59,668 nt of DNA, from the NCBI GenBank assembly GCA_944392285.1, contig CALXWF010000027.1, positions 1 through 59,668 of the forward strand. Direction: 5' to 3'. The notes below the pieces were generated by a model, which had not been told where the DNA came from, made no database searches, and worked only from the letters and a program-made list of their open reading frames with translations. Numbering within the stretch: the stretch's first letter is position 1; every line of letters starts with the position of its first letter. This document shows positions 37,795 through 46,817 of this stretch, in pieces. Origin of the DNA: an uncultured Alphaproteobacteria bacterium. Lineage in GTDB: Bacteria > Pseudomonadota > Alphaproteobacteria > RF32 > CAG-239. The translations under genes and the position numbers were made by a program.

Positions 37795-38160
37795 ATGAAA
37801 AAATTTTTACTACCTCTTGTTGCCGTTTGTTTATTCTTTACGGCTTGTGAAAAATCAAACGAAGCTGTTGCCGAAAATGAAATCAGAGCAGACAAACTTT
37901 ACTTTTTCTATTCTGATTCTTGCCCGCACTGCCACGATGCTTTGCGTTATATCAAAAAAAATCATCCCACATTACAATATGATTTGGTAAATGTTCAAAA
38001 TCGTGACGGCTACAATCTGTTTCTCAAATGTGCGCGCAAGTTCAAACTCGGCAACGAAATCGGCACCCCGCTGTTTTGCATGGGATCGCACTATCTGATG
38101 GGCTGGAGCCCGCGCTATGAAGTGCTTTTTGACCAATATGCCCAACCTTTTATAAAATAA
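37795..38160 (+). CDS. thioredoxin/glutaredoxin-fold lipoprotein (CPHC active site)
   Basis: Lipobox-like signal (…LFFTAC), …FFYSDSCPHCHDAL… and …GTPLFCMGSHYLMGW…, which resembles the cis-Pro/Grx region. Confidence 0.65.
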   Translation: MKKFLLPLVAVCLFFTACEKSNEAVAENEIRADKLYFFYSDSCPHCHDALRYIKKNHPTLQYDLVNVQNRDGYNLFLKCARKFKLGNEIGTPLFCMGSHYLMGWSPRYEVLFDQYAQPFIK

Positions 38161-38169
38161 GAGGGCAAC

Positions 38170-38814
38170 ATGACCACGCAACTGCCGCCGGATATTGCCA
38201 AAAAAGCTATCAAAGGGTTGAGCTACCTTGCTCACCCCTTGCGGCTTCGCATTCTTGAAGCGATGGACATTTTCGGTGCTTTATCGGTCTCGGCCATTGC
38301 CAAAGCCGTGCGTGAAGAACAAGTCATTGTATCACAAAGCCTCAAAAAATTGCGCGAGGCCGACTTGGTCAAAGCCAAACGGCGCGGCTTGTTTGTATAT
38401 TATGCCATTCAAGAGGAATATCCGGCCAGTATTTTCACCTGCATTCGCAAACTCTTTGGCTATATGACCGACAATTTTTATTTTTTGGCCGATGACTATA
38501 AAGCCCCCCTTCCCCATGATTACACCACCATGGTAGCCAACCGTATTAAACTTTTTGCCAATTATGACAAATTTCGCATTTTAGAGTTTTTAACTTTATT
38601 TAACGAAAGCAACGTCACCGACATCAGCCGCGGCATAGACTGCTCCCAGGTCAAAGTATCTCAATACTTAAAGCGCTTAAAAGATGACGGTTTTGTCACG
38701 GCCAAACGTGAGGGGCGTTTTATTTATTATGCCATCACGCAAGGCGTACACAAAACCGCCGTACAATGCATTCACAAGCGTTATGCTTCCTTAACCGACA
38801 AAGCAGACTTCTAA
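38170..38814 (+). CDS. tandem ArsR/SmtB-family winged-helix regulator (two HTH units in one chain)
   Basis: Unit 1: LAHPLRLRILEAM…SVSAIAK…VSQSLKKLREADLVKAKRRGLFVYYAI. Unit 2: NYDKFRILEFL…NVTDISR…VSQYLKRLKDDGFVTAKREGRFIYYAI. No ELCVCDL-type metal site. Confidence 0.75.
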   Translation: MTTQLPPDIAKKAIKGLSYLAHPLRLRILEAMDIFGALSVSAIAKAVREEQVIVSQSLKKLREADLVKAKRRGLFVYYAIQEEYPASIFTCIRKLFGYMTDNFYFLADDYKAPLPHDYTTMVANRIKLFANYDKFRILEFLTLFNESNVTDISRGIDCSQVKVSQYLKRLKDDGFVTAKREGRFIYYAITQGVHKTAVQCIHKRYASLTDKADF

Positions 38815-40052
38815 AAAGCCGCGCAAACCTTTTTAAATTCAGCCACGATTTCCGCCTCGTTTTCAACCTGAAAATCTTTCATAACCTGTCGGCCGTCACA
38901 AAAGACATCACAAATACAAGAGCTGTCAGCAGCATAAATCATGTTTGAAATCAAATTATGATTGGGAAGGAGCAAATAGTTATTCAAATCAACCAAAATA
39001 AAATCTGCCAATTTTCCTTCTTTAATTTCGCCGCTGTCAATACCGAAAGTTCTGGCACCGTTAACGGTTGCCATGGCAAAGACATCTTCAACTTTGGCAG
39101 CTGTTGTACTTTTGGCTCTGTTTTTGGCAGAAAGAGCGGCAATTTTCATTTCCGCGGGCATTGACAAAGAATTATTGGAAGAAACACCGTCGGTTCCGAG
39201 TGTAATAATCATGCCTTTATCCAAATATTGCTGCAAAGGCATTTGACCTGAATTTAATTTCAAAGAAGAAGACGGACAATGAGAAACAGCCGTTTTGCTT
39301 TGAGCCATTAAATCCATCTCAGCCTCAGACAAATGCAAACAATGGGCAAAAATACTTCTCGGTCCGAGAGCGCCGTATTTTTTGAGCAACTCAATCGGAC
39401 GACACTGATATTTATCAAAACAATCATTCACTTCTTTAAGTGTTTCGGCAGCATGCGTATGCAAAAATGTCTGATGTGTTTCCGCCAATTCAGCGGCAAA
39501 TTCATACAACTCGCGTGACGTACTGTAAATAGCATGCAGGCTAAGACCTCTGGTAATGCGCGGATGACTTTTTTGTTGTAAAAATTCCTTCATATTGGCT
39601 TGTTGTTCAGCTCTTTTTCCGGCATCAAAAAAGTCCATTCCGAGGGCAGATATGGCGGCGCGAACCCCCATTTCTTCTGCTGCTTTCAAGGTCTGATCGC
39701 TGTAAAAATACATATCGGAGAAAAAAGTCGTTCCGGTCTTAATCATTTCCAAAATGGCAAAACGACTGAGATGATAAATCATTTCCGGGCTAAGTTTGGC
39801 TTCACGCGGCCAAATATCTTCCTGCAACCAAGAGAACAAATCTTTATCTTCGCCGATACCGCGCAAAAACATCATTGCCGCATGAGTATGCGTATTATAA
39901 AAGCTCGGAAGAATGGCTTTGTTCTTGGCGTTTATGATTTTATCGGCGGCATCTTCAAGATGAGAGCCGATTTTGGCAATAAGATTTTCCGCAACCAAAA
40001 CATCGACTGTCTTACCGTTTAAGAACACATCTTTAATCAAAGTCTTCATCAT
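38811..40052 (-). CDS. mtaD: amidohydrolase, 5-methylthioadenosine/S-adenosylhomocysteine deaminase-like
   Basis: …SFYNTHTHAAMMFLRGIGEDKDLFSWLQEDIWPRE… and …LHTHAAET…, …GTDG… metal-ligand motifs of the MtaD/DadD subgroup. GAGGAG SD. Confidence 0.7.
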   Translation of the reverse strand: MMKTLIKDVFLNGKTVDVLVAENLIAKIGSHLEDAADKIINAKNKAILPSFYNTHTHAAMMFLRGIGEDKDLFSWLQEDIWPREAKLSPEMIYHLSRFAILEMIKTGTTFFSDMYFYSDQTLKAAEEMGVRAAISALGMDFFDAGKRAEQQANMKEFLQQKSHPRITRGLSLHAIYSTSRELYEFAAELAETHQTFLHTHAAETLKEVNDCFDKYQCRPIELLKKYGALGPRSIFAHCLHLSEAEMDLMAQSKTAVSHCPSSSLKLNSGQMPLQQYLDKGMIITLGTDGVSSNNSLSMPAEMKIAALSAKNRAKSTTAAKVEDVFAMATVNGARTFGIDSGEIKEGKLADFILVDLNNYLLLPNHNLISNMIYAADSSCICDVFCDGRQVMKDFQVENEAEIVAEFKKVCAAF

Positions 40053-40131
40053 CTCTGCTCCTCAAAAGATTAATTTGAGCAGATTATATCTGATAATTAT
40101 TAAAATTTTATTCTTAAACACCGACAAAAAC

Positions 40132-40157
40132 AAAAAAAGCTCACGTAAACGTGAGCT
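40132..40157 (-). terminator. rho-independent terminator after the tRNA
   Basis: Minus strand: AGCTCACG-ttta-CGTGAGCT followed by T7, 9 nt after the tRNA 3' end. Confidence 0.75.
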
Positions 40158-40165
40158 TAAAGATT

Positions 40166-40242
40166 TGGTAGCGAGGGAGGGATTCGAACCCCCGACACAA
40201 GGATTATGATTCCTCTGCTCTAACCAACTGAGCTACCCCGCC
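40166..40242 (-). tRNA. tRNA with CAT anticodon (elongator Met most likely; lysidine-modified Ile2 not excluded)
   Basis: The 77-nt cloverleaf was folded by hand: GGCGGGG-TA-GCTC-AGTTGGTTA-GAGC-A-GAGGA-ATCATAA-TCCTT-GTGTC-GGGGG-TTCGAAT-CCCTC-CCTCGCT-A-CCA. G1 pairs with U72, so it is not an initiator. CCA is encoded. Confidence 0.9.
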
Positions 40243-40401
40243 ATCGAAGACGAACTATTTAATAATATGAGTTAAAAGGCTTGTCAACAATTATTTTTTC
40301 TTCAAAGCAAATTTTTCAACAAAACTGTATAAATTTTTTAACTTTTATTAAATGATTAATCTGCATAATAGTAAAAAAGTATTTTAAGATAAGGAACAGA
40401 A

Positions 40402-41175
40402 ATGGAAAAATCTACACTCATCGGTTTAATTGGCGGTGTTGCGGCCGTCGGTGTCGGCATGGCCTTAAAAGGTGCTGACCCGCATGCCTTAATTAACCCT
40501 GCCGCATTTTTGATTATTATTGCCGGAACGGCTGCTGCTTTGTTTAATGCTTTTCCGATGAAGCAATTAAAAAAATTCCCTGCACTGCTAAAAATTTTAA
40601 TGATTGGCAAACCAGTCATGAAAAAGCAAGAAGTGCTTGATACTTTTATGGAGATTGCCAAACTGGCAAAAAAAGAAGGCCCGATGGCCATTGAAAAAAA
40701 GGCCAATGAAATGAGCGATCCTTTTTTTCGTTCAACCCTAATTTTGGTTGCTGACGGTATCAATGCCGACACTATTGCCGAGATTGTTGAATCCGATATA
40801 AAACAAATGGAAGAACGCCACCGCTCCGGCGCCCAAATTTTTGCTCAAGCCGGTATGTATGCACCGACGCTTGGTGTTTTGGGTGCGGTTATCGGCTTAA
40901 TCGCCGCTCTTGGCAACCTCTCAGATATTGACAAACTCGGACACTCCATCGCGGCGGCCTTTGTTGCCACACTGTTGGGTATTTTTACCGGATATGTTTG
41001 TTGGCACCCCTTTGCCAATAAATTAAAACAATTATCCGCCGAAGAAGTTGAGATAAAAAAGATGATTTTAGAAGGAGCATTAGCCTTACAAAGCGGTGCC
41101 TCATCGGTCATTATAGAATCAAAACTTCAAGCTTTTATTCCTGTTTCCGAACGCGTAACCTCTAACGAAAGATAA
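40402..41175 (+). CDS. motA: flagellar motor stator protein MotA (MotA/PomA type)
   Basis: 257 aa with four TM segments, a large cytoplasmic loop, and the C-terminal plug/channel region …YAPTLGVLGAVIGLI…AAFVATLLGIF. motB follows at +4 nt. Confidence 0.85.
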   Translation: MEKSTLIGLIGGVAAVGVGMALKGADPHALINPAAFLIIIAGTAAALFNAFPMKQLKKFPALLKILMIGKPVMKKQEVLDTFMEIAKLAKKEGPMAIEKKANEMSDPFFRSTLILVADGINADTIAEIVESDIKQMEERHRSGAQIFAQAGMYAPTLGVLGAVIGLIAALGNLSDIDKLGHSIAAAFVATLLGIFTGYVCWHPFANKLKQLSAEEVEIKKMILEGALALQSGASSVIIESKLQAFIPVSERVTSNER

Positions 41176-41178
41176 ATC

Positions 41179-41841
41179 ATGGCGCGCAAAAAACAACATT
41201 CCGAAGCCCACGAAGAACACGCCGACGAAACTTGGCTTATTCCTTATTCTGACTTATTAACCTTGCTTCTGGCATTGTTCATCGTTTTGTTTGCCTCCTC
41301 AAGTTTAGACAAAGAAAAAGCCGCCCAGATTGAATATGCTTTTGCCGCCGCCTTCAACACCCTCTCTCAAGACCAAATGAGCGGCACCTTGCTCGGTTTT
41401 TTGGATGAAGCCAAAGAAATGGATCTAGGAGAAGAAGTTACCATCGGCTCAGATGCCAAAGGTGCCACCTTGGAAATTGCCAGTATTTCCTTGTTTGACC
41501 AAGGAGAGGCCCGCTTAAAAGCAGAGGCGATTCCCCTGCTGCAAAAAATTGCCGAACTTTTAAATCGCAATCGGTACAAAAGATTCCGTGTCGTTGTGGA
41601 AGGTCATACGGACGACAGCAAATTAGTAAGCTCAGCCTTTCCGTCAAATTGGGAGCTTTCATCGGCCAGAGCCGGTTCTGTCGTACGTCAACTCATTGAA
41701 GACGGTGTTGTAAGCAGCCGTTTTCAAGCTGTCGGCATGGCAGATATTTCACCGGCTTACCCCAACTACAATGCTTATGGAGAACCCATTCCCGAAAACC
41801 GCAAACGCAACCGCCGCGTGGTTATTCGCGTAGAGATGTAA
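41179..41841 (+). CDS. motB: flagellar motor stator protein MotB
   Basis: Single TM segment with the conserved Asp (WLIPYSDLLTLLLALF). C-terminal OmpA-like peptidoglycan-binding domain (…VEGHTDD…NWELSSARA…NRRV). Confidence 0.85.
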   Translation: MARKKQHSEAHEEHADETWLIPYSDLLTLLLALFIVLFASSSLDKEKAAQIEYAFAAAFNTLSQDQMSGTLLGFLDEAKEMDLGEEVTIGSDAKGATLEIASISLFDQGEARLKAEAIPLLQKIAELLNRNRYKRFRVVVEGHTDDSKLVSSAFPSNWELSSARAGSVVRQLIEDGVVSSRFQAVGMADISPAYPNYNAYGEPIPENRKRNRRVVIRVEM

Positions 41842-41874
41842 AAAAATCCCTCTGCAAACCAGAGGGATTTTTTT
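41840..41874. terminator. bidirectional rho-independent terminator
   Basis: A7-TCCCTCTG-caaac-CAGAGGGA-T7 shared by convergent motB and mrp. The mrp stop lies in the T-tract. Confidence 0.8.
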
Positions 41875-42871
41875 ATAAACCGAGCTTAGACTTAATCTTA
41901 GCCGCAATAGCCTCATAGGCTTTTGTATGCGGGCTTTCGGGCTCTGCCATAACAATCGGGGTTCCGTTATCTGCATTTTGGCGAATACTCAAATGCAAAG
42001 GAATCTCGCCCAAGAAATCCACGCCCAAATCTTTAGCCGTTTCTTGTGCACCGGCATGCCCAAAGATATCAGCCCGCGTGCCGCATTTTTCACAAACATA
42101 ATAGCTCATATTTTCAACGATTCCCAAAATCGGCACATCAACACGCTTAAACATATTCACCCCTTTAACCGCATCGATTAAGGCAATATCCTGAGGAGTT
42201 GATACAATAATCACGCCGTCAAGCGTCAATCTTTGTGACAAAGTCAGCTGAATATCCCCCGTTCCCGGCGGCATATCAATAACCATCACATCAATTTCGC
42301 CCCAGTTTGTCTCTGTCAACAATTGTTCCAAAGCACCGCAAGCCTTTGAGCCGCGCCAAATCAACGGTTGAGAACGATCAATCAAAGACCCGATAGACAT
42401 TGAGGCAATATTTATATAATCAAAAGGCTGAAAACTTTGTCCGTCAAAACTAATCGGCGGCACGCCTTCATAACCGAGCATGGTCGGAATGGAAGGCCCG
42501 TAAATATCCGCATCGAACAAAGCCGTTTTCAGCCCCAAATTTGCCAAGGCCAAAGCCAGATTAACCGCCGTGGTAGACTTTCCGACCCCGCCTTTGCCTG
42601 AAGCCACGCCGATAATTTTCTTCACCCCGGCTAACTGCCATTTTTCAGGCCCTTCTTGCAAGGGAGCAACTTTTTTCTCGGCCGTATAAACGACATTAAC
42701 CTTTTTAACCCCCTCTACACCCGCGATTTCAGCCTTCATTCCATTTGCTTTGGCGTCATCTTCGGGCACATTACACAAGGTAATAATGGCGCGTCCGTTA
42801 AAAACTTTAACGCTTTCAATATTTTCGGCTGCAAAATACTTTGTTACAATCTCATAAATAAGATTTTCCAT
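41873..42871 (-). CDS. apbC: Fe-S cluster carrier ATPase Mrp/ApbC (NBP35 family)
   Basis: N-terminal DUF59-like segment, deviant Walker A SGKGGVGKST, and a CEKC cluster-bridging motif. Confidence 0.88.
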   Translation of the reverse strand: MENLIYEIVTKYFAAENIESVKVFNGRAIITLCNVPEDDAKANGMKAEIAGVEGVKKVNVVYTAEKKVAPLQEGPEKWQLAGVKKIIGVASGKGGVGKSTTAVNLALALANLGLKTALFDADIYGPSIPTMLGYEGVPPISFDGQSFQPFDYINIASMSIGSLIDRSQPLIWRGSKACGALEQLLTETNWGEIDVMVIDMPPGTGDIQLTLSQRLTLDGVIIVSTPQDIALIDAVKGVNMFKRVDVPILGIVENMSYYVCEKCGTRADIFGHAGAQETAKDLGVDFLGEIPLHLSIRQNADNGTPIVMAEPESPHTKAYEAIAAKIKSKLGL

Positions 42872-42975
42872 CTTTTTTGTCCTGTTGATAGAGTTTTTTC
42901 GACAATTGTCTTTAGAAGATATTTATATTATATAAAAATGTAATGCAATAAAATAAAATGATAAGGAACGAAAAT

Positions 42976-44049
42976 ATGGTAAAAGAACAAGGACCTTGGG
43001 GCAACCAAGAAAACGAAAACCCCTGGGGAGATATAGACGACACACCAAGCAAAGCAAAAGTCATAGATCTTCCCAAAATCAAAAAGCCCAAAGAAGTTGA
43101 ATTTAAATTCAGCTGGATAATATTTGCGCTTATAGGCTTATGGCTGGCCTCGGGCTTTTATCAGGTTCAAACCGGCGAACAAGGTGTTGTTTTACGTTTT
43201 GGCGCCTATACCACAACAACGGATGCCGGCCTGCACTACCATCTTCCTTATCCGATAGAAGACGTCATCAAAGTCAACGTCAGCAAAGAAAGAGACATTC
43301 GTCTCGGTGGCGATACTGCCTATAACGCCGCCAACACAGCCGGTATCCGCAACGCCAATAACTATGGTCAAGAGCTTAACGCCTTTACCGAAAGCCACAT
43401 GCTGACCGGCGATGAAAATATCGTGGACATCAACCTCAACATTGTTTGGAAAGTTAAAGACGCCAAAGACTATTTATTCAGCATGCGCGACCCCGACACC
43501 ACCGTTCGCGTTGCGGCTCAATCCGTTCTGCGTGAAATTGTCGGTCAATCACAAATGCAACCGATTATCACCGGCGACCGCGGCAAAGTTGAAGACGAAA
43601 CCAAAGAAGAACTCCAAAAACTTATGGACGAATTTAAGTCCGGAGTTAATATCGTCCGCGTCAAATTACAAAAAGCCGACCCTCCCAAACAAGTGGTAGA
43701 TGCCTTTAATGAAGTTCAGCGCGCCAAAGCCGATATGGAGCGTTTTAAAAACGAGGCTGAAGCCTATCGCAACGAAATTTTGCCGAAATCACGCGGAGAA
43801 GCCGCCAAACGTCTGCAAAGTGCCGAGGCCTACAAACAATCCGTCATCAAACGTGCTCAAGGTGATGCCGAAAGATTTAACTCGGTTTATCAGGCCTATA
43901 AACAAGGCAAAAATGTTACGGCCAAACGCCTGTATCTTGAAACCATGGAAGAAGTCTTAAAGAATTCCGATAAAGTTATTTTAGACCCCTCTTCCAAAGG
44001 CGGCAATGTCGTTCCCTACCTGCCCTTAGATAAATTAAACAACAAATAG
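42976..44049 (+). CDS. hflK: FtsH protease modulator HflK
   Basis: GPWG-rich N-terminus, one TM segment, an SPFH/band-7 domain and a coiled-coil tail. ATG 42976 has an AAGGA SD (ATG 42958 is an alternative). Confidence 0.85.
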   Translation: MVKEQGPWGNQENENPWGDIDDTPSKAKVIDLPKIKKPKEVEFKFSWIIFALIGLWLASGFYQVQTGEQGVVLRFGAYTTTTDAGLHYHLPYPIEDVIKVNVSKERDIRLGGDTAYNAANTAGIRNANNYGQELNAFTESHMLTGDENIVDINLNIVWKVKDAKDYLFSMRDPDTTVRVAAQSVLREIVGQSQMQPIITGDRGKVEDETKEELQKLMDEFKSGVNIVRVKLQKADPPKQVVDAFNEVQRAKADMERFKNEAEAYRNEILPKSRGEAAKRLQSAEAYKQSVIKRAQGDAERFNSVYQAYKQGKNVTAKRLYLETMEEVLKNSDKVILDPSSKGGNVVPYLPLDKLNNK

Positions 44050-44061
44050 GAGACCAAAGAT

Positions 44062-44937
44062 ATGAATGATAAAGTAAAAATTTATTTAGGAGTGGTAGTT
44101 GCCCTCATTATCTTTGTGCTCTGGAATGCCGTTTACATTGTCAACCAAACGGAACAAGCCATTGTTCTGCAGTTTGGTGAGCCTGTACGTTTGGTTAAAG
44201 AACCGGGATTAAAGTTTAAGACACCTTTTATCCAAAACGTCACTTATTATGACAACCGCCTGCTAAACTTAGACCCGCCGGCGCAAGAAGTCGTATTAAA
44301 CGATAAAAAGCGTCTGGATGTAGACAGCTTTACACGCTACCGCATTATTGACCCGTTAAAGTTTTATCAAACCGTACGCAATGAATATAATGCGCGTGAA
44401 CGTTTGGCCGCGATTGTCAATTCTTCGGTTCGAAAGATTCTCGGTCAAATCACCCTAACCGAATTATTATCTCAACAGCGCAACCAAATCATGAAACAAA
44501 TCAGCGAAGCCGTAAAGGCCGATGCCGAGCAAATCGGTGTCAGCGTTGCCGATGTCCGCATTCGTCGGGCCGACTTGCCGATAGATGTTTTGCAAGCCAT
44601 TAATGCCCGCATGAAAACCGAGCGTGAAAGAGACGCTAAAGAATTTCGCGCTCAAGGCCAGCAAGAAGCGCAACAAATTCGCTCTCAGGCTGACAAAGAA
44701 ACCGCCATTATCGTTGCCGAAGCAGATAAAGCGGCGCAAATCATTCGCGGTGAAGGAGATGAGCAAGCCATCTTAATTTGGAACAATGCCGCCAATCAAG
44801 ATCCTGAGTTCTATGCGTTTTATCGTTCACTGGAAGCCTATCGCAAAGCTTTAGCCAATGGCGAAACCTCTTTGGTCATTGCACCAGACGGTGAGTTTTT
44901 TGACTTTTTCTCCCAAAGCAAAGCGCCCAGGAGATAA
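44062..44937 (+). CDS. hflC: FtsH protease modulator HflC
   Basis: N-terminal TM segment plus an SPFH domain, directly after hflK. GGAG SD. Confidence 0.85.
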   Translation: MNDKVKIYLGVVVALIIFVLWNAVYIVNQTEQAIVLQFGEPVRLVKEPGLKFKTPFIQNVTYYDNRLLNLDPPAQEVVLNDKKRLDVDSFTRYRIIDPLKFYQTVRNEYNARERLAAIVNSSVRKILGQITLTELLSQQRNQIMKQISEAVKADAEQIGVSVADVRIRRADLPIDVLQAINARMKTERERDAKEFRAQGQQEAQQIRSQADKETAIIVAEADKAAQIIRGEGDEQAILIWNNAANQDPEFYAFYRSLEAYRKALANGETSLVIAPDGEFFDFFSQSKAPRR

Positions 44938-44940
44938 CGC

Positions 44941-46371
44941 GTGAACAAACTAAGCAAAATCTGTTGCCTGCTCTTTGTGCTTGCAGCCGCACCGGCACAA
45001 GCACAGCAGGCTTTGCCGAGCTTTGCTGACCTGGCGGAACGTCTGCTGCCCTCGGTAGTCAATATCTCAACCCAAAACTTGCCTACCGGTGAAGAAACGG
45101 ATCTAAACGCACTGGAAAACACAACACCGTCTTTGTCAGACTATTTCAAAAAACCAGAAGGGAACCAAACCTCTTTAGGCTCCGGTTTTATTATTGACGA
45201 ACAAGGTCACATCATCACCAACAATCACGTCATTGAAAACGCCTCTGAAATCAGTATTACACTGGCAGACAACCGCCAATTTCCGGCCCAAGTCATCGGA
45301 CATGACTTAAAAACGGATATTGCCTTGCTTAAAATCTCCCCAAACACAAAACTCACGCCGGTAAAATTCGGTAATGCCGATAAGATTCGCGTCGGAGATT
45401 GGATTTTGGCCATTGGGAATCCTTTTGGTCTTGGCGGTAGCGTTACGGCCGGTATTGTATCGGCAAAATCGCGCGACATTGCTGCCGGACCTTATGACAA
45501 CTTTATTCAGACCGACGCCTCAATCAATCAAGGGAGTTCCGGCGGCCCGATGTTTAATTTGTCAGGAGAAGTCATCGGCATCAACACCGCCATATTTTCC
45601 ACCAACGGCGGCAGCATGGGAATTGGCTTTGCCATTCCGATAAATTCGGTAGACTATGTCATCGCCCAACTCAAAGAAAGCGGTCAAGTCCAAAGAGGCT
45701 GGATTGGCGTCAAGATTCAACCGACAACGGAAGAAATTCGCACATCTTTAGGCCTTTCCGGCACAGAAGGTGTTATTGTTTCAGAGGTTGAACCAAATTC
45801 TCCGGCCGCCAAAGCCGGTGTTGAAGTCGGTGACATTATCTTAAGTTTTGACGACCAAAAAATTGACAACACCAAAAACTTATCACAAATTGTAGCGCGC
45901 ACGGCTGTCGGCAAAAAAACTTCGCTTAACATTTGGCGTCAGAAAGCCAACAAACGCCTGCCTGTTACCGTTGAACTCTTAACCGAGCTCCCCGCCCCTG
46001 AGCCGCAAAAAGCAATCTCAGCGCCGCAAGTTGAACAATCTTCTGATACAATATCATACAGCTTAGAAGAGATCGGCCTGACATTAGCCCCCGTTAATGC
46101 CTCGACGGCAGACAAATTCAGCATTTCTCCCACCACGACCGGCATTGTTATTACAAAAATAAAAAGCGGCAGTGAAGCTGAGATCAAAGGCTTAAAAGCC
46201 GGAGATATTATCACCAAAGCCGACAATAAAGATATTTATGACATTAAGACCCTGAAAGATGCCTTTGCCGAAGCGGCTTTAGACAATAACCGCCCGGTAC
46301 TTCTGCAAATAAATGATAACGGCGTTTTTCATTTTGCCGCAATTAAAGGAAAACAAGATGCCAAGAATTGA
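44941..46371 (+). CDS. degP: periplasmic serine endoprotease DegP/HtrA (Do family)
   Basis: GTG start with a GGAGA SD. Signal peptide. Catalytic motifs TNNHVI, D…ALLK and GSSGGPM. Two PDZ domains. Confidence 0.88.
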   Translation: MNKLSKICCLLFVLAAAPAQAQQALPSFADLAERLLPSVVNISTQNLPTGEETDLNALENTTPSLSDYFKKPEGNQTSLGSGFIIDEQGHIITNNHVIENASEISITLADNRQFPAQVIGHDLKTDIALLKISPNTKLTPVKFGNADKIRVGDWILAIGNPFGLGGSVTAGIVSAKSRDIAAGPYDNFIQTDASINQGSSGGPMFNLSGEVIGINTAIFSTNGGSMGIGFAIPINSVDYVIAQLKESGQVQRGWIGVKIQPTTEEIRTSLGLSGTEGVIVSEVEPNSPAAKAGVEVGDIILSFDDQKIDNTKNLSQIVARTAVGKKTSLNIWRQKANKRLPVTVELLTELPAPEPQKAISAPQVEQSSDTISYSLEEIGLTLAPVNASTADKFSISPTTTGIVITKIKSGSEAEIKGLKAGDIITKADNKDIYDIKTLKDAFAEAALDNNRPVLLQINDNGVFHFAAIKGKQDAKN

Positions 46372-46813
46372 TTTTTATCACCTGCAAAAACAAAACTTAG
46401 AAACGGTTTTGCCCAAACTTTTGGAAAAGGCCTATGAAACCGGCAAAAAAATTGTGGTAAAAATCGGCACTGACGAACGTGTTGAATTTATTAATTCTCT
46501 GCTTTGGACCTATGATGATGCTTCTTTTCTGCCGCATGGTAGCAAAAAAGACGGTAATGCCGCCGAACAACCAATCTGGCTCACCGCAGATGATGACATT
46601 CCAAACGGGGCAAGCATGCTGTTTTTAGCAGACGGTGCCTTAAAAACCCCCGAGGCCTTGCAAAATTTTGAGCGTATTTTTAACATTTTTGACGGCAACT
46701 CCCCCGAAGCCGTAGATAAAGCACGCAAATTTTGGAAAGAGCTCAAAACCCAAGGCTTTGAGCTCCACTATTGGCAACAGGATGATTCCGGCCGCTGGCA
46801 AGATAAAGGCTGA
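46358..46813 (+). CDS. holC: DNA polymerase III subunit chi
   Basis: MPRIDFYHL…LLEKAY..GKKIVV…LWTYDDASFLPHG pattern of HolC. AAAGGA SD. Overlaps the degP end by 14 nt. The ORF-track start at 46313 is not needed. Confidence 0.8.
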   Translation: MPRIDFYHLQKQNLETVLPKLLEKAYETGKKIVVKIGTDERVEFINSLLWTYDDASFLPHGSKKDGNAAEQPIWLTADDDIPNGASMLFLADGALKTPEALQNFERIFNIFDGNSPEAVDKARKFWKELKTQGFELHYWQQDDSGRWQDKG

Positions 46814-46817
46814 TTTT

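Noticed and set aside
36600-40401. Genomic island integrated at the tRNA (CAT) gene
   Set aside because: No integrase, excisionase or transposase ORF lies nearby, and I saw no second copy of the tRNA 3' end (…GAGGGAGGGATTCGAACC…) in the window. The flanking genes (mtaD-like, motAB) look chromosomal.
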